NCBI GenBank assembly: GCA_003009755.1
Contig: PXUB01000011.1
Coordinates: forward strand, 1-33,321
Source: Thermoplasmatales archaeon SW_10_69_26
Lineage (GTDB): Archaea > Thermoplasmatota > SW-10-69-26
DNA length: 33,321 nucleotides
Direction: 5' to 3'
The translations under genes and the position numbers were made by a program. Positions 8,085-18,260 of this stretch are shown here, piece after piece (positions within the stretch are counted from its first letter, which is position 1; each line of letters starts with the position of its first letter). Under the pieces are notes generated by a model. The model was given only the letters and a program-made list of their open reading frames with translations. It was not told where the DNA came from and searched no databases.

Positions 8085-9764
8085 ATGCTGGGGCAACGAG
8101 CGCTGGAGGCAACGCTGGGGATCGAGGAGCCCGTCTCGGTCGAGCCGAGGGAGATGGCCGAGGACCTCCGCATGACGCGGTTCCCCGACGAGAAGGGCGA
8201 CCCGACCGAGCAAGAGCAGGCCTTCGCCGACGAGCTCGCCACCACGTTCGCGGATCTGGGCGTCCAGATGGTGGACTTCGAGTCCACGCTCGAGCCCCCG
8301 CCGATCGGACGGGCGCTGGGTTGGCTCACGGACGGTGCCCGGCGGATCGTCGAGGATCCCACGCGTCTGCTCGGGAACGGCTCCGACAGCCACGAGGAGA
8401 CGACGACGCCCGGCCTAGCCGCGATCACGGACATCCGCTGGGGCGCCAAGGTCCAACCGGGCACCAGCGTGCTCGCCGCCGGCGAGGGCGAGACCGGCGA
8501 CCTGCCCGTGGACTACATGGGCGACTTCCGCGACGTCACGATCTTGACCGTCGTCGAGCGACCCGGCGACGTCGAGGAGGGCATGCCGTTCACCGACCAC
8601 TACGAGCGCGCGCTCGAGCTGTTCGCCCACCACATGACGAACGTCGTCGTCGGCGTCGGCGACGAGCAGTGGTTCATCTACAACTTCAACGGCTCGCACC
8701 CGTTCTACGCGATCGACGGCGACCGCGAGCACCAGATCCTGCACTCGCTGGTCCCCAAGCTGGCCGCCCCGATCCGGCCCCCGACGCTCTCCGAGTTCAC
8801 CATCGCCGAGCAAGCCTTCGACCCCACCGACGACACCCACCAGCCGCTGGTCGAGGACCTCGTCGGCTCCGGACCCCTGCTGGAGGAGACCGGGCTGTAC
8901 CCGGAGGGCATGGACCTCGACGACCTGGAATGGCGCAACGACTTCTACCGGTGGGCCGGCAAGATCCACCTCGACGACCGCACCGGCATGAGCTACGGGT
9001 TCCTCGCCCGCCAGACGCCCACGGCTACTGTACCCGGCCGCGAGCCGGGGGCCTTCGCCGAAGCGACCGGCACCCGGCCGGCCGATCCCGGCGAGGCTTT
9101 CTGGGTCGACGGGAACCTGCACGTCACCCTGGACCTGCCGGAGGGTCCGCTGGTCGTGCCCGTGCCGGAGGTCGAGGTGCTCACGCTGGCCAGCGGCTGC
9201 GACAAGACCGACCCCCACCCGCGCGAGGACCTGGTCAAGGTCGGCCTGCGGGACGGGCAGATGCGCATGGCCACGCCCGAGGGCGTCGAGCTGGCCGAAG
9301 GCTACCGTCCCAGCTTCGACACGCGCGTCATCCTCGCCCACGCCGTCGGCAACGCGCTGGTCGCCAGCGTGCTCGAGCACCGCGAGGGGACCCACGTCTT
9401 CGCCGACGATCTCGCCGAGGAGGGCATGGCGCTGGTGCACTGGCACGGCTACCTGAACCCCGACCACGTGCCCGAGGGCTGGCACGTGCACGGTGCCGAC
9501 CGGCCCCACGTCAGCTGCGGCACCCCGCAAAGCGCGATCTACGCGCTCGACGGGAAGCTGGCTGCCTTCCGCGAGGCCCGCGAGGACGGGCTGGACTTCC
9601 AGGGTGACGTCCACATCGAGCCCCAGCACGGCACGAACCTCACCCACCGGACGCTGGCGGACGTGGGTGAGCTGCTGAACACAGACGACGTCGCCGGCCT
9701 CGGCAACGAGCACCTCGACGCCTACGAGCCGCCGGCCGAACCCGAGGCCGCGCCCACGCCGTAG
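8085..9764 (+). CDS. Uncharacterised protein with an unknown N-terminal domain and a C-terminal class II aldolase/adducin-like metal-binding domain
   Basis: In order: LASGCDKT..PREDLVKV (cf. ITPSG.DK..L..EDLV), RPSFD (cf. KPSSE), ALVHWH (HxH), SCGTPQSA (cf. PGT.ELA) and EPQHG (cf. L.NHG). This is the motif order of the FucA/RhaD/MtnB family. Confidence 0.65.
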   Translation: MLGQRALEATLGIEEPVSVEPREMAEDLRMTRFPDEKGDPTEQEQAFADELATTFADLGVQMVDFESTLEPPPIGRALGWLTDGARRIVEDPTRLLGNGSDSHEETTTPGLAAITDIRWGAKVQPGTSVLAAGEGETGDLPVDYMGDFRDVTILTVVERPGDVEEGMPFTDHYERALELFAHHMTNVVVGVGDEQWFIYNFNGSHPFYAIDGDREHQILHSLVPKLAAPIRPPTLSEFTIAEQAFDPTDDTHQPLVEDLVGSGPLLEETGLYPEGMDLDDLEWRNDFYRWAGKIHLDDRTGMSYGFLARQTPTATVPGREPGAFAEATGTRPADPGEAFWVDGNLHVTLDLPEGPLVVPVPEVEVLTLASGCDKTDPHPREDLVKVGLRDGQMRMATPEGVELAEGYRPSFDTRVILAHAVGNALVASVLEHREGTHVFADDLAEEGMALVHWHGYLNPDHVPEGWHVHGADRPHVSCGTPQSAIYALDGKLAAFREAREDGLDFQGDVHIEPQHGTNLTHRTLADVGELLNTDDVAGLGNEHLDAYEPPAEPEAAPTP

Positions 9765-9843
9765 CCTCGCCGCGGAGGACCGGGGCTCGCCGGGGCGAAG
9801 GGTTAAGTCCGCGGCAGGACGTATCGCGGTCGGAGGCGAGCCA

Positions 9844-11808
9844 GTGGATCACAGATTCGGAGTCGTCCTGGTCGCGATCGCGATGCTGACCGTCCCCGCG
9901 TCCGCGATCGCCGGGGACGGCCACAACGCGATCGAGGCCGAGGGTGTCGCCGTCGAGAACGACGACCAGCACGAGACGAGCATCGCCTTGCCCGCCGATC
10001 CGGGAACGGGCAGCTGGGGCCCCGAGCTCGACGGCGAGGTGCCGGCCGTCAACCTCGCCGTGCTGCCCGGCGGCCAGATCCTGTACTACAGCGGGGTCGA
10101 GGCCGACGAGAGCGAGGACGAGGCCACCGACCTGCACTTCATCTGGAACGCCACCCCGATCCAAGGCCGCAGCCGCGTGGCAACGATCGACGGCGACTCG
10201 ATGTCCGTGGCCACGCCCACGCCCGCCAGCGGTGGCTACTACGACCTGTTCTGCAGCGGGACCACCGTCACGCCCGAGGGCCTCACCCTCGCCCCCGGCG
10301 CCACCGAGTACTACACGCTCGACGACGAGCCGCCGGCCAACCTCCTGACGCCGCTGAAGGGCTGGAACCAGACGCTGTTGTTCCCGCTGGACCCCGTCGA
10401 CGACGACCGCGACTGGATCCAGGGCCCGGACATGGCCGACGACCGCTGGTACCCCAGCGCCCTCCAGTTGCCCGACGGGGACACGCTGGTCGCCTCCGGT
10501 ATCCAGACGCTGTTCTACCCGCACACCTACAGCACGAAGCTCGAGACCTTCGACCCCGACGAGCCGGCGAAGGGCTGGGAGACGATGGACACCTCGTTCC
10601 GCGTCGGGCCGGCCACGGTCGACCAGAACCTCGCCCCCGAGCCCGACACCGGGGTCCAGCTCGCCGACGAGACCCACCAGGGCCTGCCGAACCTGCCGAT
10701 GTACCCCCGCCTGCACGTGATCCCGTCCGGGCCCAACGCCGGCGAGGTGCTCTACACCTCGAACGGCGACTCCTGGGGGCCCTTCGGCCACCACCCCACC
10801 CAAGCCGCCTGGGGCCACTTCCAGACGCTGGACCCCGACTACGGCGAGTGGGAGCTCCATCCGCGCAGCAACGTCGGCCACCGCCACCTGGGCACGACGG
10901 TCCCGATGATGGTCGACGCCGAGGACCCCGAGCCGCGCTACCTGTCCTTCGGCGGCACGATCCAGCAGAGCACCGCCGCCACGCCGACGACCGAGATCGT
11001 CGACGCCTCCGCGGAGATCGTCACCTCGCAACCGACCGACCCGATGACGATCCCGCGCTGGTCGGTGAACGGCGTCCTGCTGCCCGACGGCAGCGCGCTG
11101 GCGATCGGCGGCTCCACCTACGACAACGTGGTCGCCTACGGCTCGCCGACCGTCGGCCCGCTCAACGTCGAGCGCTTCGTGCCGAACGAGGACGGCACCG
11201 GCGGCGAGTGGGAGATGGGCCCCGCGATGGAGAGCCTGCGCGCCTACCACAGCACGGCGGTCCTGCTGCCGGACGGCCGCGTGCTCGTCGGCGGCCACGT
11301 GCCCCTGCCCGCCTTCCACGACGCTCAGCGCGGCAACGGCAACGCGCAGCCGACCGACGAGACGTTCCAGATCTACGAACCCGGCTACCTCGACCGGCCC
11401 GACGAGACCCGGCCCTCGGTCTCGGTCGACGCCAGCGCCGAGGCGGCGGTCGATCTGCCCGGCGAGACCGCGCTGCACGTGCCCGAGGACCAGGCGACCT
11501 TCACGCTGAGCGTCGACGGGCTCGAGCACGGGCTCGACAGCGTCGTGCTGCGCAAGCCCGGGGCGACGACGCACCAGTACAACGCCGACCAGCTCGGCGT
11601 CGAAGCCAACGTCGTCGACACCGATCTCACCGACGGCTCCGGCACGGTCACCGTCGAGGCCCCCCACGATCTGGCGATCCCGCCCGGGCACTACATGACG
11701 TTCGTCAACGAGGACACGCCGGAGGGAACCTACCCCTCCAAGGCCGCCTGGGTCGCGCTCGGCGACGACGTCACCGGCGACGCCCCCGGGGACGGGTACG
11801 CGGACTAG
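9844..11808 (+). CDS. Secreted galactose oxidase/glyoxal oxidase-like copper radical oxidase (AA5-like; kelch propeller plus C-terminal Ig-like domain)
   Basis: Signal peptide; DLFCSG (cofactor Cys), RWYPS (cofactor Tyr), RAYHSTAVLLPDGRVLVGG (Tyr/His copper ligands), TTHQ (His ligand), PMYPRLHV and IPPGHYMTF. Confidence 0.9.
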   Translation: MDHRFGVVLVAIAMLTVPASAIAGDGHNAIEAEGVAVENDDQHETSIALPADPGTGSWGPELDGEVPAVNLAVLPGGQILYYSGVEADESEDEATDLHFIWNATPIQGRSRVATIDGDSMSVATPTPASGGYYDLFCSGTTVTPEGLTLAPGATEYYTLDDEPPANLLTPLKGWNQTLLFPLDPVDDDRDWIQGPDMADDRWYPSALQLPDGDTLVASGIQTLFYPHTYSTKLETFDPDEPAKGWETMDTSFRVGPATVDQNLAPEPDTGVQLADETHQGLPNLPMYPRLHVIPSGPNAGEVLYTSNGDSWGPFGHHPTQAAWGHFQTLDPDYGEWELHPRSNVGHRHLGTTVPMMVDAEDPEPRYLSFGGTIQQSTAATPTTEIVDASAEIVTSQPTDPMTIPRWSVNGVLLPDGSALAIGGSTYDNVVAYGSPTVGPLNVERFVPNEDGTGGEWEMGPAMESLRAYHSTAVLLPDGRVLVGGHVPLPAFHDAQRGNGNAQPTDETFQIYEPGYLDRPDETRPSVSVDASAEAAVDLPGETALHVPEDQATFTLSVDGLEHGLDSVVLRKPGATTHQYNADQLGVEANVVDTDLTDGSGTVTVEAPHDLAIPPGHYMTFVNEDTPEGTYPSKAAWVALGDDVTGDAPGDGYAD

Positions 11809-12443
11809 GCCCGGCTTGCCTGAGGCAGGCCCAGCAGCAGCGCGCCGGCGCCCAGGACCAGGCCGATCGCCGCCAGCTCGGGCAACGGCAGCGAGGTGCC
11901 GCCCAGCACCCGGCCGACCAGGCGGATCGCCAAGGCCAGGCCCGCGACGGCGAGCACGCCGACGGCGATCGCCGCCCGCGCCTGGCCGCGAGCCGTCTCG
12001 GTCACCGGAGCCAGCGCCTCCTCCGTGATCCCCCGTTCGAGCAGGTCCTCGCGGAACCGCTCGTGGGCGACGTCGAAAGCCACGCCCAGGCTCAAGCCGA
12101 GAGCGGCCAACGACCCGGCGAGGCTGAGCAGATCGATCGCCGGGCCCGGGCGAGCCCACGGAACGCCGAGGAACGCCAGCACCTGGCTCGTGTGCAGGTT
12201 GGCCCCGATGGCGGCGCCCAGGCTGGCGGCCAACAGGACCGTGGCCGGTGCGGGCCAGGCCAGGCCCTCGGCCACGAGCTGCAGCACGGCGAAGACCGCC
12301 GGCAACGCGATCCAGCGGATATCGATCGGGACGTAGGCCGGCCTGACGGGCGGCATGCCGGCCACAAGCGGCGAGAACAGCAGCCCGGCCGTCGCCAGCA
12401 CGCCCACGAGGGCGGCCACCGCGATGCGGTGGAGACGCGTCAC
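11805..12443 (-). CDS. Integral membrane protein (last gene of the MoxR operon)
   Basis: About six hydrophobic segments; start overlaps the stop of the DUF58 gene by 4 nt. Confidence 0.75.
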   Translation of the reverse strand: MTRLHRIAVAALVGVLATAGLLFSPLVAGMPPVRPAYVPIDIRWIALPAVFAVLQLVAEGLAWPAPATVLLAASLGAAIGANLHTSQVLAFLGVPWARPGPAIDLLSLAGSLAALGLSLGVAFDVAHERFREDLLERGITEEALAPVTETARGQARAAIAVGVLAVAGLALAIRLVGRVLGGTSLPLPELAAIGLVLGAGALLLGLPQASRA

Positions 12444-13720
12444 CGGGCCATCACCCCCTTCGCCAGTGCACGCTCGAGGCCCTCGGCCCCGTCGGCCAAC
12501 CGGTGCACGCGAAGCACCGAGGCTCCGCGCTCGCCCAGCACCTGGCGGGCCTCCTCGACCTGCAGGGCCTGCGCCAGCGCCTCCTCGGGTCGCGAGGTCG
12601 GCGGCTCGGGCGCCAAGACGTGGACGGGGACCGGGCGTCGGGCCGTGGAGGCGTGCGTCTGCACGCGGCGCACGCCCTCGAGCAGATCCTCGGTGTGGGC
12701 CTCCGGACGGGTCACGACGAACACGAGCGGCTCCTCCTGCGACAGGAAGCCCTTGACCCGCTCGACGGCCGCCGCCAGACCCTCCTCGGCCGAGCCGGCT
12801 TCGACGCGGGCCAGCGAGCGGGCGATGATCAGCTCCTGGCGGGAGCCGGCGTCCGGGTAGAAGGTGTCCGGCGGCTCGGTGTTGAACGTCGTCCCACCGA
12901 CCCTGTGCCCGCGCTGCGTGAAGTGGTGGACGAGGGCCAGCGTGATGTCGATCGCGTCCTCGAGGGCCGTGTCCAGCGTGGAGCCGACCTCGAGGTGGCG
13001 GCCGACGTCCAGGAAGAACCAGACGTTCTTGCGGGCCTCGGGCTCGTACTCGTTGACGATCAGCTGGGTCTCGTCGGTCGAGCGCTTGGCGGTCGCCTTC
13101 CAGTTGACGAACTTGAGCGGGTCGCCCTCGTGGTACTCCCGCAGCTCCTCGAACTCCGTGCTGGCCGGCCCACGCGAGGCCGGGTCCTCGCCGACGCCGT
13201 GGTCGGCCGGGCCCCGCAGGCCCTGCACGGTGCGCAGCGGGCGGGCGACGGTCTCGACCGTCAGCTCCCGCCGGGAGCCCCGAGCAAGCGTCTGGGCGGG
13301 CCCCACCAGCAACGGGTGGACGCGGTCGAGCCGAGCCGGCGCCAGTTCGAACACGCCCCGGCGCGGGGAGGCGACGGTCAGGTGCTCGGTGAGGGTCTGG
13401 CCGGGCTCGACCAGGCCCAGGTTGGCGTTCTCGACGCGCAGGAACGTGTCCGGCAGCGGTTGGTGCACGATCCCGACGTATGGGCCCTCCCCGAGGGTGG
13501 CCTCGAGACCGAGCCCGATCGGCGAGGAGCGCTGCACGCGGTCGGCGCCCACGTCCAGGTCCACGCTGCCCTCCTCTTGGGCGCCTTCCCGGACCCGGAC
13601 GAGCACGAGCACCAGACCGCCGGCCAACACCAACAGGGCGACGTTGCCCAAAAGCAGGCCTGCCACGGCGGGCAGGAGGGCGACGAGCACCAGCGACCGC
13701 GAGAGCCGGGTGTGCCTCAT
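12440..13720 (-). CDS. DUF58 domain protein (MoxR-associated)
   Basis: N-terminal transmembrane pair; EFEELREYHEGDPLKFVNWKATAK and NEYEPE..VWFFLD motifs. ATG at 13720. Confidence 0.92.
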   Translation of the reverse strand: MRHTRLSRSLVLVALLPAVAGLLLGNVALLVLAGGLVLVLVRVREGAQEEGSVDLDVGADRVQRSSPIGLGLEATLGEGPYVGIVHQPLPDTFLRVENANLGLVEPGQTLTEHLTVASPRRGVFELAPARLDRVHPLLVGPAQTLARGSRRELTVETVARPLRTVQGLRGPADHGVGEDPASRGPASTEFEELREYHEGDPLKFVNWKATAKRSTDETQLIVNEYEPEARKNVWFFLDVGRHLEVGSTLDTALEDAIDITLALVHHFTQRGHRVGGTTFNTEPPDTFYPDAGSRQELIIARSLARVEAGSAEEGLAAAVERVKGFLSQEEPLVFVVTRPEAHTEDLLEGVRRVQTHASTARRPVPVHVLAPEPPTSRPEEALAQALQVEEARQVLGERGASVLRVHRLADGAEGLERALAKGVMAR

Positions 13721-13760
13721 CGTCGGCGCGGAGGGTCCCTCGACGTTCGCAGGGGGAGGC

Positions 13761-14767
<1,007 letters not shown>

Positions 14768-14771
<4 letters not shown>

Positions 14772-15727
14772 GTCGTTCCTCCATCCAGCTCGTCCAGGTC
14801 CACGTCCAGGATGTCGGCCAACGCCACCCGGCGAGCGCGGTGGGCGGGCAGGCCCTCCTGCTGCAGCTGTCGGATCCGTCGCTCGAGCAGCTGGCCGTCG
14901 GCGGGGCTGTCGAGGGCTTGCTCGACGCGGTGGGACAGCGACCGGGCGTCCCCGCCGGTGAGGACCTGGTGCACGCGCTCGGCCAGCGGCGCGGCCACGG
15001 GGTCCGGCAGCTCGTGGACCGTCTGCTCGTGCACGCGGTGGCCCTCGCGGATCTCGGGATCGGTCTCGGTGACGGTCGCCGTGGCGACGGCGACCAGCAC
15101 GGCCGCGATCGCGGTCCAGTAGGTCAACAGCGGGCCGAAGGGGAGCACGGGCGCGGCCAACAGGGCGAAGGTCAGGGCCAGGGTCCCGGCACCGCCCAAA
15201 AGCGTCCACCGGGTCCGCGTCGCTGGGCGCAGGGCGAACACGGTGACCAGCCCCCAGCCGGCGGCGGCCACGAGCCCCAGGCGGCCCAGGATCGCCGTCG
15301 ACTTGGCCAGGGTCACGAGCACGGCCAAGATCACGACCAGGCCGACCGTGGCCAGGCCGGCGATGCCCTTGGCCAGCGATCCGGCCGGCACCTCGGCCTC
15401 CATCGTCCGCCCGGCTCGGTGCTGGGCCAGGTCCACGAGGCCGAACGCGATCACTGGCAACAGGACCTCGGGCCGCAGCAGCGTGGTCAGGTGCAGGGGA
15501 GCGATGGCGACGGTCAGCCACGCGACCGATCGCACCGCCAGGCTGTGGCGCGGCACGAAGCGCGAGGCCGCGTGCACGATCACCGCCGACGCGAGGTAGC
15601 CGATCAGCGGTCGAACCGGGGCCTGCCCCCAGGAGGCGAAGGCCACGCGGCCGCCGACGACGAACGCCAGCGTCATCAGGGCGAGCAGGACGAGGTGCGC
15701 GATCGGAGGCCGCCGTGCGTTCGTCAC
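14768..15727 (-). CDS. Polytopic membrane protein with a soluble C-terminal domain
   Basis: About eight hydrophobic segments; 4-nt overlaps with both neighbours suggest translational coupling. Confidence 0.75.
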
Positions 15728-16659
15728 CGTGCGACCTCCCGAGCCGGCCCCTCCCCCAGGAGACCGGTCGCGGCGATCGCCTCGTACACGGTCTCGTAGG
15801 TGGCGCGGTCGACCGCCTCGTCACCGTACATGGCGACCTCCAGCTCGACGGCGAGGTCGGCCAGCTGGCTGGCGTCGACGTCGGACAGCGTGCGCAGCTC
15901 ACGGCACAGTTCCCGCGGCGTCGAATCCGGGCCGACGTCGAGCCCAGCGCGCGTGGCCTGGTCCTTCACGCGCTCGAAGAGGTCGCCGACGACGGCCTCG
16001 TAGGGGGCCACGCGACCGCGCAGCGTCGTCGAGGTCGGCTGGGCGCGCGGGTGCGAGAGCTCGATCGTGACGTTGAACGCGCCCTCCTCGGCGAAGGTGA
16101 CGGTGTGCTCGAGCTGCGTGCCCGGCATGCGCTTGTGCACCGTGCCGGACCCGGAGGGGCCGTGCACGTCGATCGTGACCTCGAGCTCGCGTGCCAGGTC
16201 CTCGGGCTCGGCTTCGACCACGAGCGGCAGATCCTCGCCGGGCGCGATCGCCGGTCCGGCGCTCAGCGGCGAGTGGACCCGCACCTGCAACCGGGCGCCC
16301 ACCTCGTCCTCCGGCTCGGGCGGAGCGTGGCCGTTGTGGACGCCCTCGGGCGTGGACGGCTGGGGCGAGGGTTCGTGGTAGGGGGCCAGATGCACCGATC
16401 GTCGCGGGATGTCGGAGCCCAGCGCCTCCCGAGCGTCGTCGACGATGCGGCGCCAGGGGACGTGCAGCACCGCGCTGATGCCGAGCCCCAGCGCCGAACC
16501 CCACGCCAGGCTCGCCTTGCCGGCCGGCGGGTAGCCTGCCGGGCCCAGCGCCTCGGTCACGAGCGCGATCTGGACGCCGAGCGCGAACGCGGTCGCGGCG
16601 AAGGCGGCCGGCACGTAGCCCTTGCGCTCGGGCAGGCCCAAATCGTGGGCGAGCGTCAT
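15724..16659 (-). CDS. Membrane-anchored protein with an Ig-like segment and a C-terminal DUF4129-like domain
   Basis: Start at ATG 16659 (MTLAHDLG..); two transmembrane segments; C-terminal GLDVGPDSTPRELC..LAVELEVAMYG resembles the DUF4129 T.RE...E...YG pattern. Confidence 0.7.
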   Translation of the reverse strand: MTLAHDLGLPERKGYVPAAFAATAFALGVQIALVTEALGPAGYPPAGKASLAWGSALGLGISAVLHVPWRRIVDDAREALGSDIPRRSVHLAPYHEPSPQPSTPEGVHNGHAPPEPEDEVGARLQVRVHSPLSAGPAIAPGEDLPLVVEAEPEDLARELEVTIDVHGPSGSGTVHKRMPGTQLEHTVTFAEEGAFNVTIELSHPRAQPTSTTLRGRVAPYEAVVGDLFERVKDQATRAGLDVGPDSTPRELCRELRTLSDVDASQLADLAVELEVAMYGDEAVDRATYETVYEAIAATGLLGEGPAREVAR

Positions 16660-17255
16660 CCGGACCCTCCTGCGCACGAGGCGAGCACGATCACGTACGT
16701 CAATCGATCGTAGTTGGCCGTGCGGTGGGTGAGCTCGGCGGTCCACTCGCCGGTCTCCAGGTCGTCGCCGGACACCGTGGAGGTCCGGTTGACCTCCGCC
16801 TGGCGCCCGGAGAGGGCCTCGTGCTCGTAGCTGAAGCTCTCGGTGCCGTTCTCGTGCTGGAGGCTGGCCTCCAGCCTCCCGTCGAGGTTCTCGATCTCGA
16901 GGGCGACGCCGATCCCGATGTGCGTGTCGTTCACGGTCACGGTCGCCTGGGTCCCGTCGACCGTGCGGTTCGGCGAGCTGGGATCGTCGGGATGGTTCCA
17001 GACGGCGGCCGGTTCGGTCTCGACCTCGCACTGCGGGCGCGCGCCGGCGCCCTCGAATGACCGGTTGCCCTCCGGCAGGTCCTCAGGCGGGGTGGCGTTG
17101 GGCGGATCCTCGGGAGGCTCGCGGTCCCAGTCGGCCGGTTCCAGGATCACCCGGTCGGCGGTCTGGGCGGCCTTCTCGAGGACGCCGTTCGTCACCGGTG
17201 CTAGGGCAAGCGTCAGGGCTGCCAGCACCGCGAAGACGCGCGTGGTGTCCTCCAT
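16656..17255 (-). CDS. Secreted or membrane-anchored hypothetical protein, first gene of the MoxR operon
   Basis: ATG at 17255 with a hydrophobic N-terminus, Pro-rich linker and beta-rich domain with two Cys. AT-rich TATA-like segment at about 17289-17296. Confidence 0.7.
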   Translation of the reverse strand: MEDTTRVFAVLAALTLALAPVTNGVLEKAAQTADRVILEPADWDREPPEDPPNATPPEDLPEGNRSFEGAGARPQCEVETEPAAVWNHPDDPSSPNRTVDGTQATVTVNDTHIGIGVALEIENLDGRLEASLQHENGTESFSYEHEALSGRQAEVNRTSTVSGDDLETGEWTAELTHRTANYDRLTYVIVLASCAGGSG

Positions 17256-17382
17256 GCCCCGACTCAGCGTGCTCCGGTTCCGTCTGCAGATATAAAGGCT
17301 TTGCCGAGCGAACCTTGCAACGACCCGCCCTTCGACCGGGTCCGGCCGGGCTCCTTTGTACCAGCGGGGCGCTTGGTCGGGC

Positions 17383-18249
17383 GTGCTCGTCGCAGGGTCC
17401 ACCGCCTTCGACACGCTGGCCCGCGTCGAACGGTTCCCCACCGAGGAGGAGGCCATGAAGGCCGACGAGATCGCCTCCGGTGCCGGCGGCTGCGGCGCCA
17501 ACGTCGCCCGCGGGCTGGCCCGCCTGGGCCACGAGCCGCGGCTTCTGTCGGCCGTCGGAGCGGATTTCGCCGATAGTTCGGCCAAGCAGGCTCTCGAGGG
17601 CGACGGCGTGGATCTGGGACGGCTGGTGCGTGTCGAGGACGAGCCGACGGCCGCGGCGATGATGGCCACCGACGACACCCTCCAGCAGACGATCATCTAC
17701 GACGAAGGGGCCACGCCCCGCATGCGCGAGCTCGAGCCGATCGAGGCCGAGCTGGGCCACTTCGCGCCCGGCGAGGTAACCGCCTACCCCGAGCTGATGG
17801 CCGCGGTCGACCGCGTCGTCTACGATCCCGGCCAAGAGGTCTTCTACCGCCCCACCGAGGAGGTGATGGCACCCCTGGACGAGGTCGACGTGCTCGTCGT
17901 GAACGAGCACGAGGCCGAACAGCTGGCCCCCGCCGTCGGCGGGCTCGAGACGCTGGCTGACGAGCTCGAGGGCCTGGTCGTCACGCACCAGGGAGGCCAG
18001 CACGTCTACCAGAGCGGCGACCGTGTCGAGCTGGACGCCGTGGAGGCCGACGTCGTGGATCCCACCGGCGCCGGGGACGCCCACTGCGCGGGCCTGGTGC
18101 ACGGGCTCGCCGAGGGTTGGCAGCTGCCCGAGGCCTGCCGGTTCGGGAGCGTGGTGGCCGCCTGCGCGATCGAGAGCGTCGGCGCTCAGCGCGGCCTGCC
18201 GACGCGCGACGAAGCCCAGGCGCGGCTCCCAGGTGCCAAGAAGACCTGA
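17383..18249 (+). CDS. PfkB/ribokinase family carbohydrate or nucleoside kinase
   Basis: GGCGANVARGLARLG, VGAD, YDPG, VNEHE and DPTGAGDAH motifs. Start uncertain (17356 or 17383). Confidence 0.93.
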   Translation: MLVAGSTAFDTLARVERFPTEEEAMKADEIASGAGGCGANVARGLARLGHEPRLLSAVGADFADSSAKQALEGDGVDLGRLVRVEDEPTAAAMMATDDTLQQTIIYDEGATPRMRELEPIEAELGHFAPGEVTAYPELMAAVDRVVYDPGQEVFYRPTEEVMAPLDEVDVLVVNEHEAEQLAPAVGGLETLADELEGLVVTHQGGQHVYQSGDRVELDAVEADVVDPTGAGDAHCAGLVHGLAEGWQLPEACRFGSVVAACAIESVGAQRGLPTRDEAQARLPGAKKT

Positions 18250-18260
18250 GGCTCGCCACC

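Noticed and set aside
11266-11275. CTGCCGGACG 10-mer matching the element's end motif (and GTCCGGCAG matches inside other genes)
   Set aside because: These lie inside coding sequence and lack the flanking TAG and downstream blocks; expected by chance at this GC content.
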